Shown one piece after another: positions 50,135-58,153 of a stretch of DNA of 64,000 bases. This DNA is from Candidatus Parcubacteria bacterium (GTDB taxonomy: Bacteria; Patescibacteriota; Saccharimonadia; UBA4664; JBIOIQ01), in contig OY970378.1 in NCBI GenBank assembly GCA_963718875.1, positions 68,396 to 132,395 on the forward strand. Reading direction: 5' to 3'. Numbering within the stretch: the first letter of the stretch is position 1; the number at the start of each line of letters is the position of its first letter. Position numbers and translations under genes: made by a program. Below the pieces are notes generated by a model. It did no database searches. It was given only the letters and a program-made list of their open reading frames with translations, and was not told the origin of the DNA.

Positions 50135-50803
50135 ATGGCTTTTTTTGAAACACTTATTGCTATGATTGCACCTCATGCTTGCGTTCTTTGCGGAGTGGAA
50201 GGGCAAATGTTGTGCAAGAGCTGTTCGGCTAAGGCTGTGATTGTAAAACATTCAACCTGTTACCGATGTAATGCTCTGACTGACGACTGGCGGACGTGCC
50301 CATCGTGTAGGGTAAATACCCAGCTAAGTGGGGTGGTGGTTTCGGCCTATTATGACGGCGCAGTAAAAGAGCTCATTCATGAGCTTAAATACGAGCGCGC
50401 ACGGGCAGCTGCAGAAGTTTTGGCTACATTTTTGACCCCTCGTATCAATTCTAAAGAGTTTGATTTTGTGACGTCTGTACCAACTGATCCAGCCCGGAGG
50501 AGGCAAAGGGGGTATAACCAAGCGGAACTGATTGCAAAGGCTGTCGCCAAAGAGCTGAGCCTTCCTTACGTGCAAGTGTTGTTACGGGTGAAGCCAATTC
50601 ATCAAGTGGGGGCGGAGCGAAAACGGCGTTTACAACAGATTAAAGGAGCTTTTTTACCTTATCGAGAGCTGTTTATTAACGAGTCTCGCGTGTTGGTTGT
50701 TGATGATGTGGTAACTACGGGAGCGACATTGGCTGAGTGTGCCAGCGTTTTAAAAGCTGCTGGGGCCAAGCGAATTTGGGGAGCCGCCATTGCCAAGCAT
50801 TAG
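50135..50803 (+). CDS. comF: ComF family protein (ComFC-like phosphoribosyltransferase-fold competence protein)
   Basis: N-terminal four-Cys zinc finger (CVLCG...CKSC...CYRC...CPSC) and C-terminal PRTase motif VLVVDDVVTTGATL. Confidence 0.75.
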   Translation: MAFFETLIAMIAPHACVLCGVEGQMLCKSCSAKAVIVKHSTCYRCNALTDDWRTCPSCRVNTQLSGVVVSAYYDGAVKELIHELKYERARAAAEVLATFLTPRINSKEFDFVTSVPTDPARRRQRGYNQAELIAKAVAKELSLPYVQVLLRVKPIHQVGAERKRRLQQIKGAFLPYRELFINESRVLVVDDVVTTGATLAECASVLKAAGAKRIWGAAIAKH

Positions 50804-50810
50804 CCTCCTT

Positions 50811-50870
50811 ATGTCATCCTGAAGAGAAAGGTCGCTCAAGGCGACCGCTTCTACTGTTCAGGATCTTTTA
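50811..50870 (+). terminator. extended hairpin downstream of comF
   Basis: CATCCTGAAGAGAAAGGTCGC-TCAA-GGCGACCGCTTCTACTGTTCAGGATC nested inverted repeats followed by TTTTAAT. Confidence 0.35.
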
Positions 50871-50944
50871 ATCCAGAATGGGTGGATGCGAGCAGTTGAG
50901 TTGTAATCTAGTGCTCATAGATGGTAATCTAACTTAGTTCATGC

Positions 50945-51020
50945 GCGCTCGTAGCTCAGTGGATAGAGCATCAGCTTGCGGTGCTGGGGGTCGGAGGTTC
51001 GAGTCCTCCCGGGCGCACCA
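50945..51020 (+). tRNA. tRNA-Arg (anticodon read as GCG)
   Basis: Hand-folded cloverleaf: acceptor GCGCUCG/CGGGCGC (one G-U), U8 A9, D-stem GCUC/GAGC, anticodon stem UCAGC/GCUGG with loop UUGCGGU (U33, G37), T-arm GGAGG-UUCGAGU-CCUCC, discriminator A, encoded CCA. Confidence 0.7.
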
Positions 51021-51232
51021 TCGAAAAACACCTGTGTAATTACACAAAATTTTAAAAAAGAGACTTAGCAAAGTCTCTTTTTTTGTATCTAGGGGCACTT
51101 GTCGGGGCAATCAAATGTCAGGCAATTAAGTGAGAAGTTGCTCTATCCCCTTTCGATCGCTCCGCTTGAAGTCTGTAACGTTGCATAGTGATCCAGCTTC
51201 TCGCAGTGTGGTTCAATGCCGATTCATTTTTG
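51015..51232. repeat. att-like ~215-bp repeat E, copy 1 (starts in the tRNA 3' end GCACCA)
   Basis: Contains the 14-bp perfect palindrome TGTGTAATTACACA (51033-51046), an intrinsic terminator (AAGAGACTT-AGCAA-AGTCTCTT + T7, ~51054-51085) and ~130 bp further conserved sequence. Copies at 58451-58668 and 60095-60317 are ~85-90% identical. Confidence 0.8.
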
Positions 51233-51290
51233 CGAGACGCTTTGTTCCGGAGCCTTTACAGATACAACTGGCTTGTGTTCAAATTGATAC

Positions 51291-52376
51291 ATGGAATTTA
51301 TACCAGGATTGCAGTTAAGCGAACTCTTTTACAAAGAGGCAGTTCTGCCGATTCTGGAGGCGAGCTTCCCCCACTTAGCCCATGGGGCTGGGCTTATAGG
51401 TGAGGGGTCGGAGGTGCTCGGGTTTGATGACGAACGTTCAATGGATCACGATTGGGGTCCCAGATGTCAGATTTTTCTGAGCCCTGATGATCACAAGAAG
51501 TTGGCTAGCCAAATCACAGAAGTACTTGGTAAGGAGCTCCCCCGTGATTTTCGCGGGTTTCCTACCCGTTTTAGCGTTTATGAAGATACGGGCGCAAAGC
51601 TTCTGGATCGTAGTGAAAGCGGGCCGGTGACGCACAGAGTTGAAATCGAAAGCATCCCGGAGTTTTTTGGCGGGTATCTGGCATTGGATGTTGATAAAGC
51701 AATGTCTGTCTACGACTGGTTGACCACACCAGAGGAACTCCTGCTTATTGTCACTTCCGGCAAAGTTTTTTCCGACCCTCTCGGCGGACTCCAGCAGATC
51801 CGACAAAAATACTCGTACTATCCGGAGGAGGTGTGGCTGTATTTGCTCGCCTCACAGTGGCGCATAATCAGCCAAGAGGAAGCATTTATTGGTCGCACTG
51901 CGGCGGCAGGGGACGATTTGGGCTCTCGAATATTGACGGCCAAGATGGCTGGCTATTTGATGAAGCTGGCATTTCTAATGGAGAAGAAGTATGCCCCATA
52001 CAGCAAGTGGTTCGGTAAGGCATTTAGTCAGCTTGAAGCTGCAAAGCTGCTGGCTAGCCCTTTGAAATCGGCCCTTGATGCATCTGAATATTCTGAGCGT
52101 GAAGGCTACTTGTCAGAAGCTTATGAAATTGTCGCAGGTATGCATAACCAGCTTGGCATCACAGACGCCATTGACCCAACAGTTCGCTCGCATTACTACG
52201 ATCGACCCTATAAGGTCATCAAGGCCGATAGATTTGTCGATGCCATTGCGAACAAGCTTAAAGGCACTGAGCTAGCCGAGATAGCGGGCATAGGTTCCGT
52301 TGATCAGTTTGTTGCCAACGTTGACCTATTGACCCATCCTGAGCTTTGCCACAGGCTATCTGCTCTATATCTTTAA
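51291..52376 (+). CDS. nucleotidyltransferase-fold protein with DUF4037-like C-terminal region (island cargo)
   Basis: 361 aa; N-terminal GLIGEGSEVLGFDDERSMDHDWGPR resembles the GS...D.D motif of polymerase-beta-type nucleotidyltransferases. Sits between repeat E and repeat F, which are directly fused in the third copy. Confidence 0.4.
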   Translation: MEFIPGLQLSELFYKEAVLPILEASFPHLAHGAGLIGEGSEVLGFDDERSMDHDWGPRCQIFLSPDDHKKLASQITEVLGKELPRDFRGFPTRFSVYEDTGAKLLDRSESGPVTHRVEIESIPEFFGGYLALDVDKAMSVYDWLTTPEELLLIVTSGKVFSDPLGGLQQIRQKYSYYPEEVWLYLLASQWRIISQEEAFIGRTAAAGDDLGSRILTAKMAGYLMKLAFLMEKKYAPYSKWFGKAFSQLEAAKLLASPLKSALDASEYSEREGYLSEAYEIVAGMHNQLGITDAIDPTVRSHYYDRPYKVIKADRFVDAIANKLKGTELAEIAGIGSVDQFVANVDLLTHPELCHRLSALYL

Positions 52377-52380
52377 TCGT

Positions 52381-52605
52381 TTTTGCTCTTGCAGATCTTT
52401 GCTTTCGGCGCGACAATCGCGGTAATTAACGAGAAGTAGTCATGAAGCAGCCCAAACCCCGTTCGCAGCGCCGCGTCAGAGTAACTGGAGTTAAGAAGAA
52501 AGAGCCGAATGTAAAGCTTTTCACATTGGCTCTGATCGAACTAGCAAGGGAGCAGGTGCAAGCTGAGGACAAGAAGACAGGCGACAAATAACGTCTACGT
52601 TACGC
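52381..52605. repeat. ~220-bp repeat F, copy 1 (carries the small basic ORF and ends in the CGCTCATGCTTG box)
   Basis: Second copy at 60318-60545 is ~85% identical and includes a GGCGCGACAATCGCGG inverted-repeat motif. Confidence 0.75.
52442..52591 (+). CDS. small basic protein, 49 aa (duplicated; paralog at 60376-60531)
   Basis: Below the ORF-track size cut-off; my translation is MKQPKPRSQRRVRVTGVKKKEPNVKLFTLALIELAREQVQAEDKKTGDK. The paralog MKQPKPRPQRRVRVAGIKKKEPNVKLFTLALIELAREQMRTEDEKKDKSIT differs mostly by conservative changes, which suggests a real gene. Confidence 0.5.
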   Translation: MKQPKPRSQRRVRVTGVKKKEPNVKLFTLALIELAREQVQAEDKKTGDK

Positions 52606-52693
52606 TCATGCTTGTCTTAAAATCACTGTGCCCTGAGCAGTAAGTGATTCGGTCGACTGGTTTCGAACCACATTCTTTATCTGTCCTTTGGCG

Positions 52694-53341
52694 TTAGGCG
52701 AAGAGACTGTATATGACCGGCTTCTCGGCTCTATGATAAGACACGAATAATCTATCGGAACACAGATTGCCCCAGGACAATACCGACGCCAGGATTTCGG
52801 CTGGCGTCCAACGGTAGGTTACGAACGATGTATCACTTACGGCCGTTGATACGCTCGTTTCCATATGGGAGGTTTGCGGATCAAAGCCCGGGATGAGGGG
52901 CTCATAGGTGAAAATGAGGCTTCCTTTGGAGTTTAGGTGTTTCCCGACCTGCAGTAGCACCTGGGGGAGATCAGGGATAAACTCCAGACTTCCAATGGCC
53001 ACCACAAGGTCAAACAGGCGCGCATCCCTCGCGAGGAACTGCACAAGGTCTTCGGCATGAGTCTCGGCTGAGGGGAACTTCGCCGCAGCTATGTCGATCA
53101 TTGCTGGGGAAATATCCACAGCCACCAAAGTCTGGAGATCTGGATATAGCTCGCATATCTGGCTAAGAGTCTGTCCGGTGCCGCAGCCCAAGTCGAGCGC
53201 CGTCGAAGCTCTGACCGCGCTGGCTAAGAGTTCCTCGCCCAGGACACTGTTTGGTATCCACGCACCATCACCCGTTGCTGCGTCATATAGCGGGGCTAAC
53301 CCATTCCAGTATTTTGCTGTACTCTTATTCAGGTCCACCAT
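52694..53341 (-). CDS. class I SAM-dependent methyltransferase
   Basis: ALDLGCGTGQTLSQI motif I and DLVVAIGSLEFIPD; high-GC gene. Confidence 0.7.
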   Translation of the reverse strand: MVDLNKSTAKYWNGLAPLYDAATGDGAWIPNSVLGEELLASAVRASTALDLGCGTGQTLSQICELYPDLQTLVAVDISPAMIDIAAAKFPSAETHAEDLVQFLARDARLFDLVVAIGSLEFIPDLPQVLLQVGKHLNSKGSLIFTYEPLIPGFDPQTSHMETSVSTAVSDTSFVTYRWTPAEILASVLSWGNLCSDRLFVSYHRAEKPVIYSLFA

Positions 53342-53607
53342 TTAATCCGATTATATACTACGAATAAGGTGGCACTAATTTCGCAAAAGAACAAGTTGCA
53401 GCAGTCGAATCGAGCAAGAGAAATGACGCTAACCAAGCCTACTTTCTCTTTCCCTTATGCTTGGTCAATTGAGCTCAATGTCATATAATGTTGTTTCGGG
53501 TTGACCGGATTGGTTCTTATCCGAATCTGATTTACTTCTGCTTAGCGCTCTGATGAGCCCAGTGCGCTGAGCTTGGGAAGTACCTGAGCCGGCATGGAGG
53601 CAATCCC

Positions 53608-54006
53608 GTGACAATCGGTATCTTCGAAGACGTCCTGCCGGCAGGATGGTCGTCCGATGTTGGCAATCCACCACAGCTCGGCGACGTCATCATGAGCATG
53701 CAGAGCAACCGGTCATTTCCAATCCCCATGCTTCTCGAGGTCACCGATCCATCGGGCATGCTGCCGCCGGAAGAGAGCGTCTACCTTCCGGTGCGTGCGA
53801 CCTCGATCCGCACGGTCTACCCGCAGGGCTGGGACGAGCCCGAGTACGAGGTCGTGGGGTACGTGACTCGCACCAGATCGGAGCGGGAGATCACCTGGGT
53901 TCGGATCGATCTTCGTACGAACGGCGATACCACCATCAAGGAAGCGACGGCGTATCTCCTTGGCCCAGGGGAAGAGATCGGGCTCGATCAGACCATCAGG
54001 AACTGA
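53608..54006 (+). CDS. hypothetical protein (island)
   Basis: 132 aa; preceded by promoter box TATGCTTGGTCA-N17-TATAAT (53455-53492) and followed by hairpin element A (54060-54110). The overlapping Arg-rich 53646-54110 frame is rejected. Confidence 0.45.
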   Translation: MTIGIFEDVLPAGWSSDVGNPPQLGDVIMSMQSNRSFPIPMLLEVTDPSGMLPPEESVYLPVRATSIRTVYPQGWDEPEYEVVGYVTRTRSEREITWVRIDLRTNGDTTIKEATAYLLGPGEEIGLDQTIRN

Positions 54007-54059
54007 GCAAGATTCGGGAGGGCCCCGAGCGGCCGACATCGCCGCGCATCATTGCAAAG

Positions 54060-54110
54060 GCAGGGAACTGGGGTTCGCGCCCCAGTTCCCTGCCCCACTT
54101 TTATGACTAG
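54060..54110 (+). repeat. hairpin element A, copy 1 (GGAACTGGGG-TTCGCG-CCCCAGTTCC + CTGCCCCACTTTTATGACTA)
   Basis: 10-bp GC-rich perfect stem; copies at ~56350-56397 and ~61808-61856, each directly after an ORF stop. Confidence 0.75.
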
Positions 54111-54232
54111 ATACATTGTTAAATAGTCGTTTATGCTTGGCATTAATTCATTTTGGTATTAATATATTCCTACGTTTCAATACGGACCAAACAGCCAACC
54201 TTGGCTAACGTGTTGAACGGTGAGGAGAGTGC

Positions 54233-54568
54233 ATGACAACTGGCGTTTTGACGGATGACGACATCAACGGCAGGCGCAGGATGATTCGTCTCGAACTGCT
54301 CAGTCGCGGCCAAGTCGGCGTGGTTGGTGCGGGGGGCATGGTTCCGATGCAGGAGCTGACTCCCTACGAGCTGCACGAGCACATCGGCAACGTCGGATGG
54401 GAACTCGAAGGCTTGACTCGGACCGACTGGATCAACCTCAGCGCGGCCGAACAGGAGGCCTTCCTGCACAGCATGGACAACCTGGAGAGGTTGCTCGACG
54501 CCGATCCCGAGGCGAGCGTCCCCACGGCACTCGAACTCGGTATCGATCCCAACTTCCTTCTGAACTAG
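54233..54568 (+). CDS. hypothetical protein (island)
   Basis: 111 aa, ~60% GC; upstream TTGGCA-N17-TAATAT box at ~54137-54165; followed by hairpin element B at 54603-54661. Confidence 0.45.
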   Translation: MTTGVLTDDDINGRRRMIRLELLSRGQVGVVGAGGMVPMQELTPYELHEHIGNVGWELEGLTRTDWINLSAAEQEAFLHSMDNLERLLDADPEASVPTALELGIDPNFLLN

Positions 54569-54602
54569 CCCCATCGGCGACGACGCCGAGCTCACCCCCC
54601 GT

Positions 54603-54661
54603 CCTTATTCGCCTCTCAGACAAGGCTCCTCGCCAACTCTGGGAGGCGCCTTGCGTTTAGG
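54603..54661 (+). repeat. hairpin element B, copy 1 (CGCCTCYCAG-N~20-CTGGGAGGCG + CCTTGCGTTT)
   Basis: Copies at 55565-55626, 59299-59355, 59978-60030 (diverged) and 61120-61180, always 10-35 nt after an ORF stop and before the CTCATGCTTGCC promoter box. Confidence 0.8.
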
Positions 54662-54735
54662 CAACCTGTTAAACCCCGCCTGAACCTTTGCGCTCATGCT
54701 TGCCTAATTGAGTTCATATCAGTATTAGTATCTTA

Positions 54736-54823
54736 TGCTCCGCCGCAGCAAACTGAGCACTTCGATTAGCACTCAGCTTGCTGCGAAACCGGAAAGTCCG
54801 GATAAGCGGAGGAGGCTCGTGAT
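54736..54823 (+). ncRNA. conserved structured 5' leader (candidate cis-regulatory RNA), copy 1
   Basis: CTCCGCCGCAGCAAACTGAGCAC-loop-GCACTCAGCTTGCTGCG long helix, CCGGAAAGTCCGG hairpin, then GCGGAGGAGG (SD) whose GCGGAG can pair with the 5' CTCCGC. Second copy at 61237-61319 upstream of an unrelated ORF. Confidence 0.4.
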
Positions 54824-55144
54824 ATGACCGACCAGGCATCAGCTTATCATGTCCCAGTTCTGAGCCACTATGCAATTTGGTACGGACCAAACATCGACGT
54901 TTTGAGCGCTGCCGTTCCATCCCGTGACCCTCGAGGCACGATCAAGCCGGGGGCCGACTACTTCCGGTTCTACGACGTTCTGGAACTTGAAGCGGAAGTC
55001 GATGGGGAGATGGTTCGCTTTTACAGCGGCCCCGCAACTACTCGTCGTTCTATTTTCCTGGGGGTGGCTTCCTTACTGGCGACGATCGTGACAACGCCCT
55101 ACGTCGCCGAGGAATTTCGTTCGAGCTCGACAAGTATCTGGTGA
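54824..55144 (+). CDS. hypothetical protein (island)
   Basis: 106 aa behind the conserved leader. Confidence 0.4.
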   Translation: MTDQASAYHVPVLSHYAIWYGPNIDVLSAAVPSRDPRGTIKPGADYFRFYDVLELEAEVDGEMVRFYSGPATTRRSIFLGVASLLATIVTTPYVAEEFRSSSTSIW

Positions 55145-55192
55145 TCTGGACTCGCTACCGCGTCGTACTCCTGACGGCGGAAGAGCTGGCGG

Positions 55193-55549
55193 GTGCAGAT
55201 GTTGAGTTCCCTCCCCTGGCATCATCCGATGTTGTCTGAGGATCTAGCCACTCTGGCCGCAATTTGGCGAGACTGGCACACTGTGCACTTCGCTCTCGGA
55301 ACCAACAGTGAGCCGGCCGAAATCAAGGTTGTTCAAGAAGCTCACGAGTTCCGCGACCATCCTTCTCTGGCAGAAGCTGCCGACGTGATTATTCCTCTGC
55401 TGACCTGGCTCGATACCAAAGGTCACGCTGTGGAGGATCTGATTGGAGCGGTGGCGGCAAAGATCCATGAGAACATGCGGCGAACCTGGGTGCGTCAACC
55501 TGACGGGACTTTCCAGCATGTCGAAGATTCTGATGAACCAGCCGGCTAA
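55193..55549 (+). CDS. MazG-like all-alpha nucleotide pyrophosphohydrolase (putative)
   Basis: 118 aa; ...VQEAHEFRDH...SLAEAADVIIPLLTWLDTKGHAVEDLIGAVAAKIHENMRR matches the E..E / EEADV-I-LL...G.D...A...K...N..R pattern of MazG/HisE-type NTP-PPases. Confidence 0.4.
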   Translation: MQMLSSLPWHHPMLSEDLATLAAIWRDWHTVHFALGTNSEPAEIKVVQEAHEFRDHPSLAEAADVIIPLLTWLDTKGHAVEDLIGAVAAKIHENMRRTWVRQPDGTFQHVEDSDEPAG

Positions 55550-55665
55550 TGGCCGCAACGATCCGTTCTATTCGCCTCCCAGGCCAAGGCTCCTCGCCAT
55601 TCTGGGAGGCGCCTTGCGTTTTGGGGATTTGTTTCTTGCTCATGCTTGCCTAAAGATTCAAAACG

Positions 55666-55694
55666 TTGACATATTTCAACTTTTAGCATATAAT
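55666..55694 (+). promoter_or_regulatory. consensus sigma70-type promoter (TTGACA-17-TATAAT) inside a conserved CTCATGCTTGCCTAA box
   Basis: TTGACA 55666-55671, 17-nt spacer, TATAAT 55689-55694. Equivalent boxes sit at ~53455, 54137, 54683, 60547 and 61197, each after a hairpin element. Confidence 0.55.
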
Positions 55695-55798
55695 ATGACA
55701 CGGCATTTTTGAAAGGGCTTCGGAGTCTCGCCAGCAGTCTGCTGCTTTTTGCAGGAGCCGCCTGCTGTCCGGGACTCTCACGAAAGGCCTGATTCATA

Positions 55799-56281
55799 AT
55801 GCTGACCTTTGAAGAACTGTTTGCCGAAGTCGTTGTACGCTTCGACGCCGCTCCTGACACCCGCATTGAAGCTGACGGAGTGCTCTATGCAAACGACTAT
55901 GTCCACTTCGCTTGGCTTTTGACTGAAGAGCGCATTACCACGCGGGAGGAAGCGCTTGAACTCATTCAAGACATGGTGCGGAACTATGAAGTTCCGAACG
56001 CATCTCCTAGAGACGGCTTGGAGTTCACCGACTGGGTAGGACTGGCGGTTCAGCTCTTTGTCACCCTGGTCGAAGGGAGGGTTGAAAGTGACCCTGTTTT
56101 GGAACGAGCTGAGCGCAGGCGAAGCGTGTTGGTCTCTGTAGCAACCGAAACTGGTTTGGCCGCTAAGGCCAACCTCGAAGAGAGTGGTTTTACGACCACT
56201 GTGGACTGGGGCAATTTGCTCCTTCTGAGAATCGGAGCAAAGGATCTCGTTCCGGTGCGAGCGCCTGAAGACGAGTCCTGA
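55799..56281 (+). CDS. hypothetical protein (island)
   Basis: 160 aa, followed by hairpin element A copy 2. Confidence 0.45.
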   Translation: MLTFEELFAEVVVRFDAAPDTRIEADGVLYANDYVHFAWLLTEERITTREEALELIQDMVRNYEVPNASPRDGLEFTDWVGLAVQLFVTLVEGRVESDPVLERAERRRSVLVSVATETGLAAKANLEESGFTTTVDWGNLLLLRIGAKDLVPVRAPEDES

Positions 56282-56404
56282 TCCAATAACACTCCATTTC
56301 AACGTTTCCCAGGCTGTTTCGGAGTGAGGCTAGGAGTCCTTGTTCACCGCAGGAGTTGGGGTTCGCGCCCCAGCTCCTGCCCCACTTTATGACTACACAG
56401 CTCG

Positions 56405-56640
56405 CCGCCTGGCGGAACTTCCAGGTTCTTAACGGCAAGAATCAGCTGATTTCTGGATGTTCGGCCAATGTTCGTCAGAGCCTGCCACGGTATAACGACA
56501 AAGAGGGTCTCTTTTTGTAGTTTGTGTAAGCGGGTGTAATCGATGTTGTGCCGGGTCTTAAGCTTCCAGAGTGGAATGATACAGAATACTGATCGCGTCA
56601 TGGATTCCTGGGTTTGAAAGCTGTCCGATTAGGGGCACCA
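56405..56640. repeat. ~230-bp direct repeat D+, copy 1 (ends in the GCACCA core)
   Basis: Near-identical copy at 58224-58452, with partial copies at ~56690-56715 and 60063-60100. Contains the GGAACTTCC palindrome and a terminator-like AAAGAGGGTCTCTTTTT. Confidence 0.75.
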
Positions 56641-56833
56641 ACGTAAGAATTATTCTCAAAACGTGGCTTATCAAAGCCACGTTTTTTGTGGTTTGAATGC
56701 TGTCCGATTAGGTGCCTAATCGAAATGATGACTTGGATGTCCTTGCAGGTATGGTCGAGTAAGTGCGTGATTGCTCAAAGCACAGCTGCCGAGAGCAAGC
56801 TCGACGTAGGCGTTTGCCAAGATAGGCAGTAAA

Positions 56834-57316
56834 ATGGGAACCATGGAGAAATGGTCCCTACCCCCACGGATCAAGATATACGAGGCGCTCGGAGCCATCG
56901 CGGACGGGCGACTGACACTAACGACGCCGGGCGCTGCCACTGTCTTATCCTCTTCTGGCAACAAGACGTACAACGTTACCTACAATGCCGAGACAGGTGA
57001 AGTTACCTCGAATGATAATGGCTCGTATTGGCAAGGATACCTGGGATACCCCGCGATTGCCTATTTCATGGCTAAGGGCATTTTGCAGTACGAGTCAACA
57101 GTCGCGGCGTGGCTCAAAGGAATTGCCTGGAAGGATGTCAACACTAAGTTCGAGAACGACTATGTCCAGACCGAGGCTTTAGTGCGCAGCTATGTCATTG
57201 AAGCAGGAGGCGACCTGGTGGTTCTTGATAGTCAGATCAACAAGACAACACACCAGCTGACGCTCCTTCCTCTCAGGAAGGGCGCTTCCTTGAACAAGCC
57301 CCCTGGGGATTACTAG
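56834..57316 (+). CDS. hypothetical protein (island)
   Basis: 160 aa, lower GC than neighbours, no recognisable motif. Confidence 0.4.
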   Translation: MGTMEKWSLPPRIKIYEALGAIADGRLTLTTPGAATVLSSSGNKTYNVTYNAETGEVTSNDNGSYWQGYLGYPAIAYFMAKGILQYESTVAAWLKGIAWKDVNTKFENDYVQTEALVRSYVIEAGGDLVVLDSQINKTTHQLTLLPLRKGASLNKPPGDY

Positions 57317-57430
57317 GCGAGATATTCTCCAATGCGCCCATTACTCCCCGTGCAACTAACCCCTTGTCCGGCGCTATTTCATATCACATGATCTTGTGAT
57401 ATAACGGCAACAACAACCTTACCAGCGTCC

Positions 57431-57757
57431 GTGAGAACTGACTGGAGGAGACAAAAGCTAAGACGAGGAAATCGATCCATGAAGCGCATCCAGTACGAAC
57501 AACGTTCCAGGCCGATCGCCGCTCTCTGGGCATTCTTGGCCCTAGTACTCAGCCTGCCGATAGTGGGAGGTGCGTGGTTCTTCCTGTCGGCATGGATGGC
57601 GTATAAGTGGGGTGGTGGTTTCTTTAGCCAAAGCCAGCCAATAGCCAGCTGGTATTCCTACGCTTCGTACGGGAGCATTCTGATCGCTCTTGCCATCGAA
57701 GGCGCGATCGTGATATGGGCATATCGTATGGTTCGAAAGCGTACATTGAAGCCTTAA
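57431..57757 (+). CDS. small membrane protein (island)
   Basis: Two to three predicted TM helices (IAALWAFLALVLSLPIVGGAWFFLSAWMAY; GSILIALAIEGAIVIWAY); the true start may be the internal MKRIQYEQ. Confidence 0.4.
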   Translation: MRTDWRRQKLRRGNRSMKRIQYEQRSRPIAALWAFLALVLSLPIVGGAWFFLSAWMAYKWGGGFFSQSQPIASWYSYASYGSILIALAIEGAIVIWAYRMVRKRTLKP

Positions 57758-57859
57758 CCGGCCCCCTCTCTCCCGGTACGTCGGCGACGCTTGCTTTACC
57801 GACTGACTTGTATGTCAAACAAAATGGTGAAACAATTATGACAGTTATTAGGCTATGTC

Positions 57860-58153
57860 ATGAAGAGTTCTTCGCAATCCCCTTATCGTTATTTAATTGC
57901 TGTTGGGATAAGTTTTGCTGCTGTTGTAGAAAGCTGGTGGGTAGTTTCAAAGCTAATCCCTGCTCTCTCAAGCCAGACAGGTATCATGGGGGCGGCACAC
58001 CCTCGTCCTCGGTTTCCTATTTACCTGGCTTGGCTAGTGATGATTGCTGTACTTGGAAGTGCAGCACTTAGCTGGATTAAGTCGAAGTATGCAATCGGGC
58101 TTTTTGCAATCTGTAGTCTCGCGACGTTTATTCTAGCCTTAGCTGCTATTTAG
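57860..58153 (+). CDS. small membrane protein (island)
   Basis: 97 aa, three hydrophobic helices. Confidence 0.4.
   Translation: MKSSSQSPYRYLIAVGISFAAVVESWWVVSKLIPALSSQTGIMGAAHPRPRFPIYLAWLVMIAVLGSAALSWIKSKYAIGLFAICSLATFILALAAI

Noticed and set aside
53646-54110. Arg-rich 154-aa ORF overlapping 53608-54006, and the similar R-rich ORF 26594-26986
   Set aside because: Arginine- and proline-rich composition typical of an off-frame read through high-GC DNA. In each case the alternative frame has more ordinary composition and is bracketed by the promoter-box and hairpin modules.
56601-56640. Element D (GGATTCCTGGGTTTGAAAGCTGTCCGATTAGGGGCACCA) as a tRNA pseudogene or duplicated tRNA 3' half
   Set aside because: No T-arm or acceptor pairing can be drawn. 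Only the final GCACCA(TC) matches the real tRNA-Arg 3' end, so it is better read as an att arm joined to the core.
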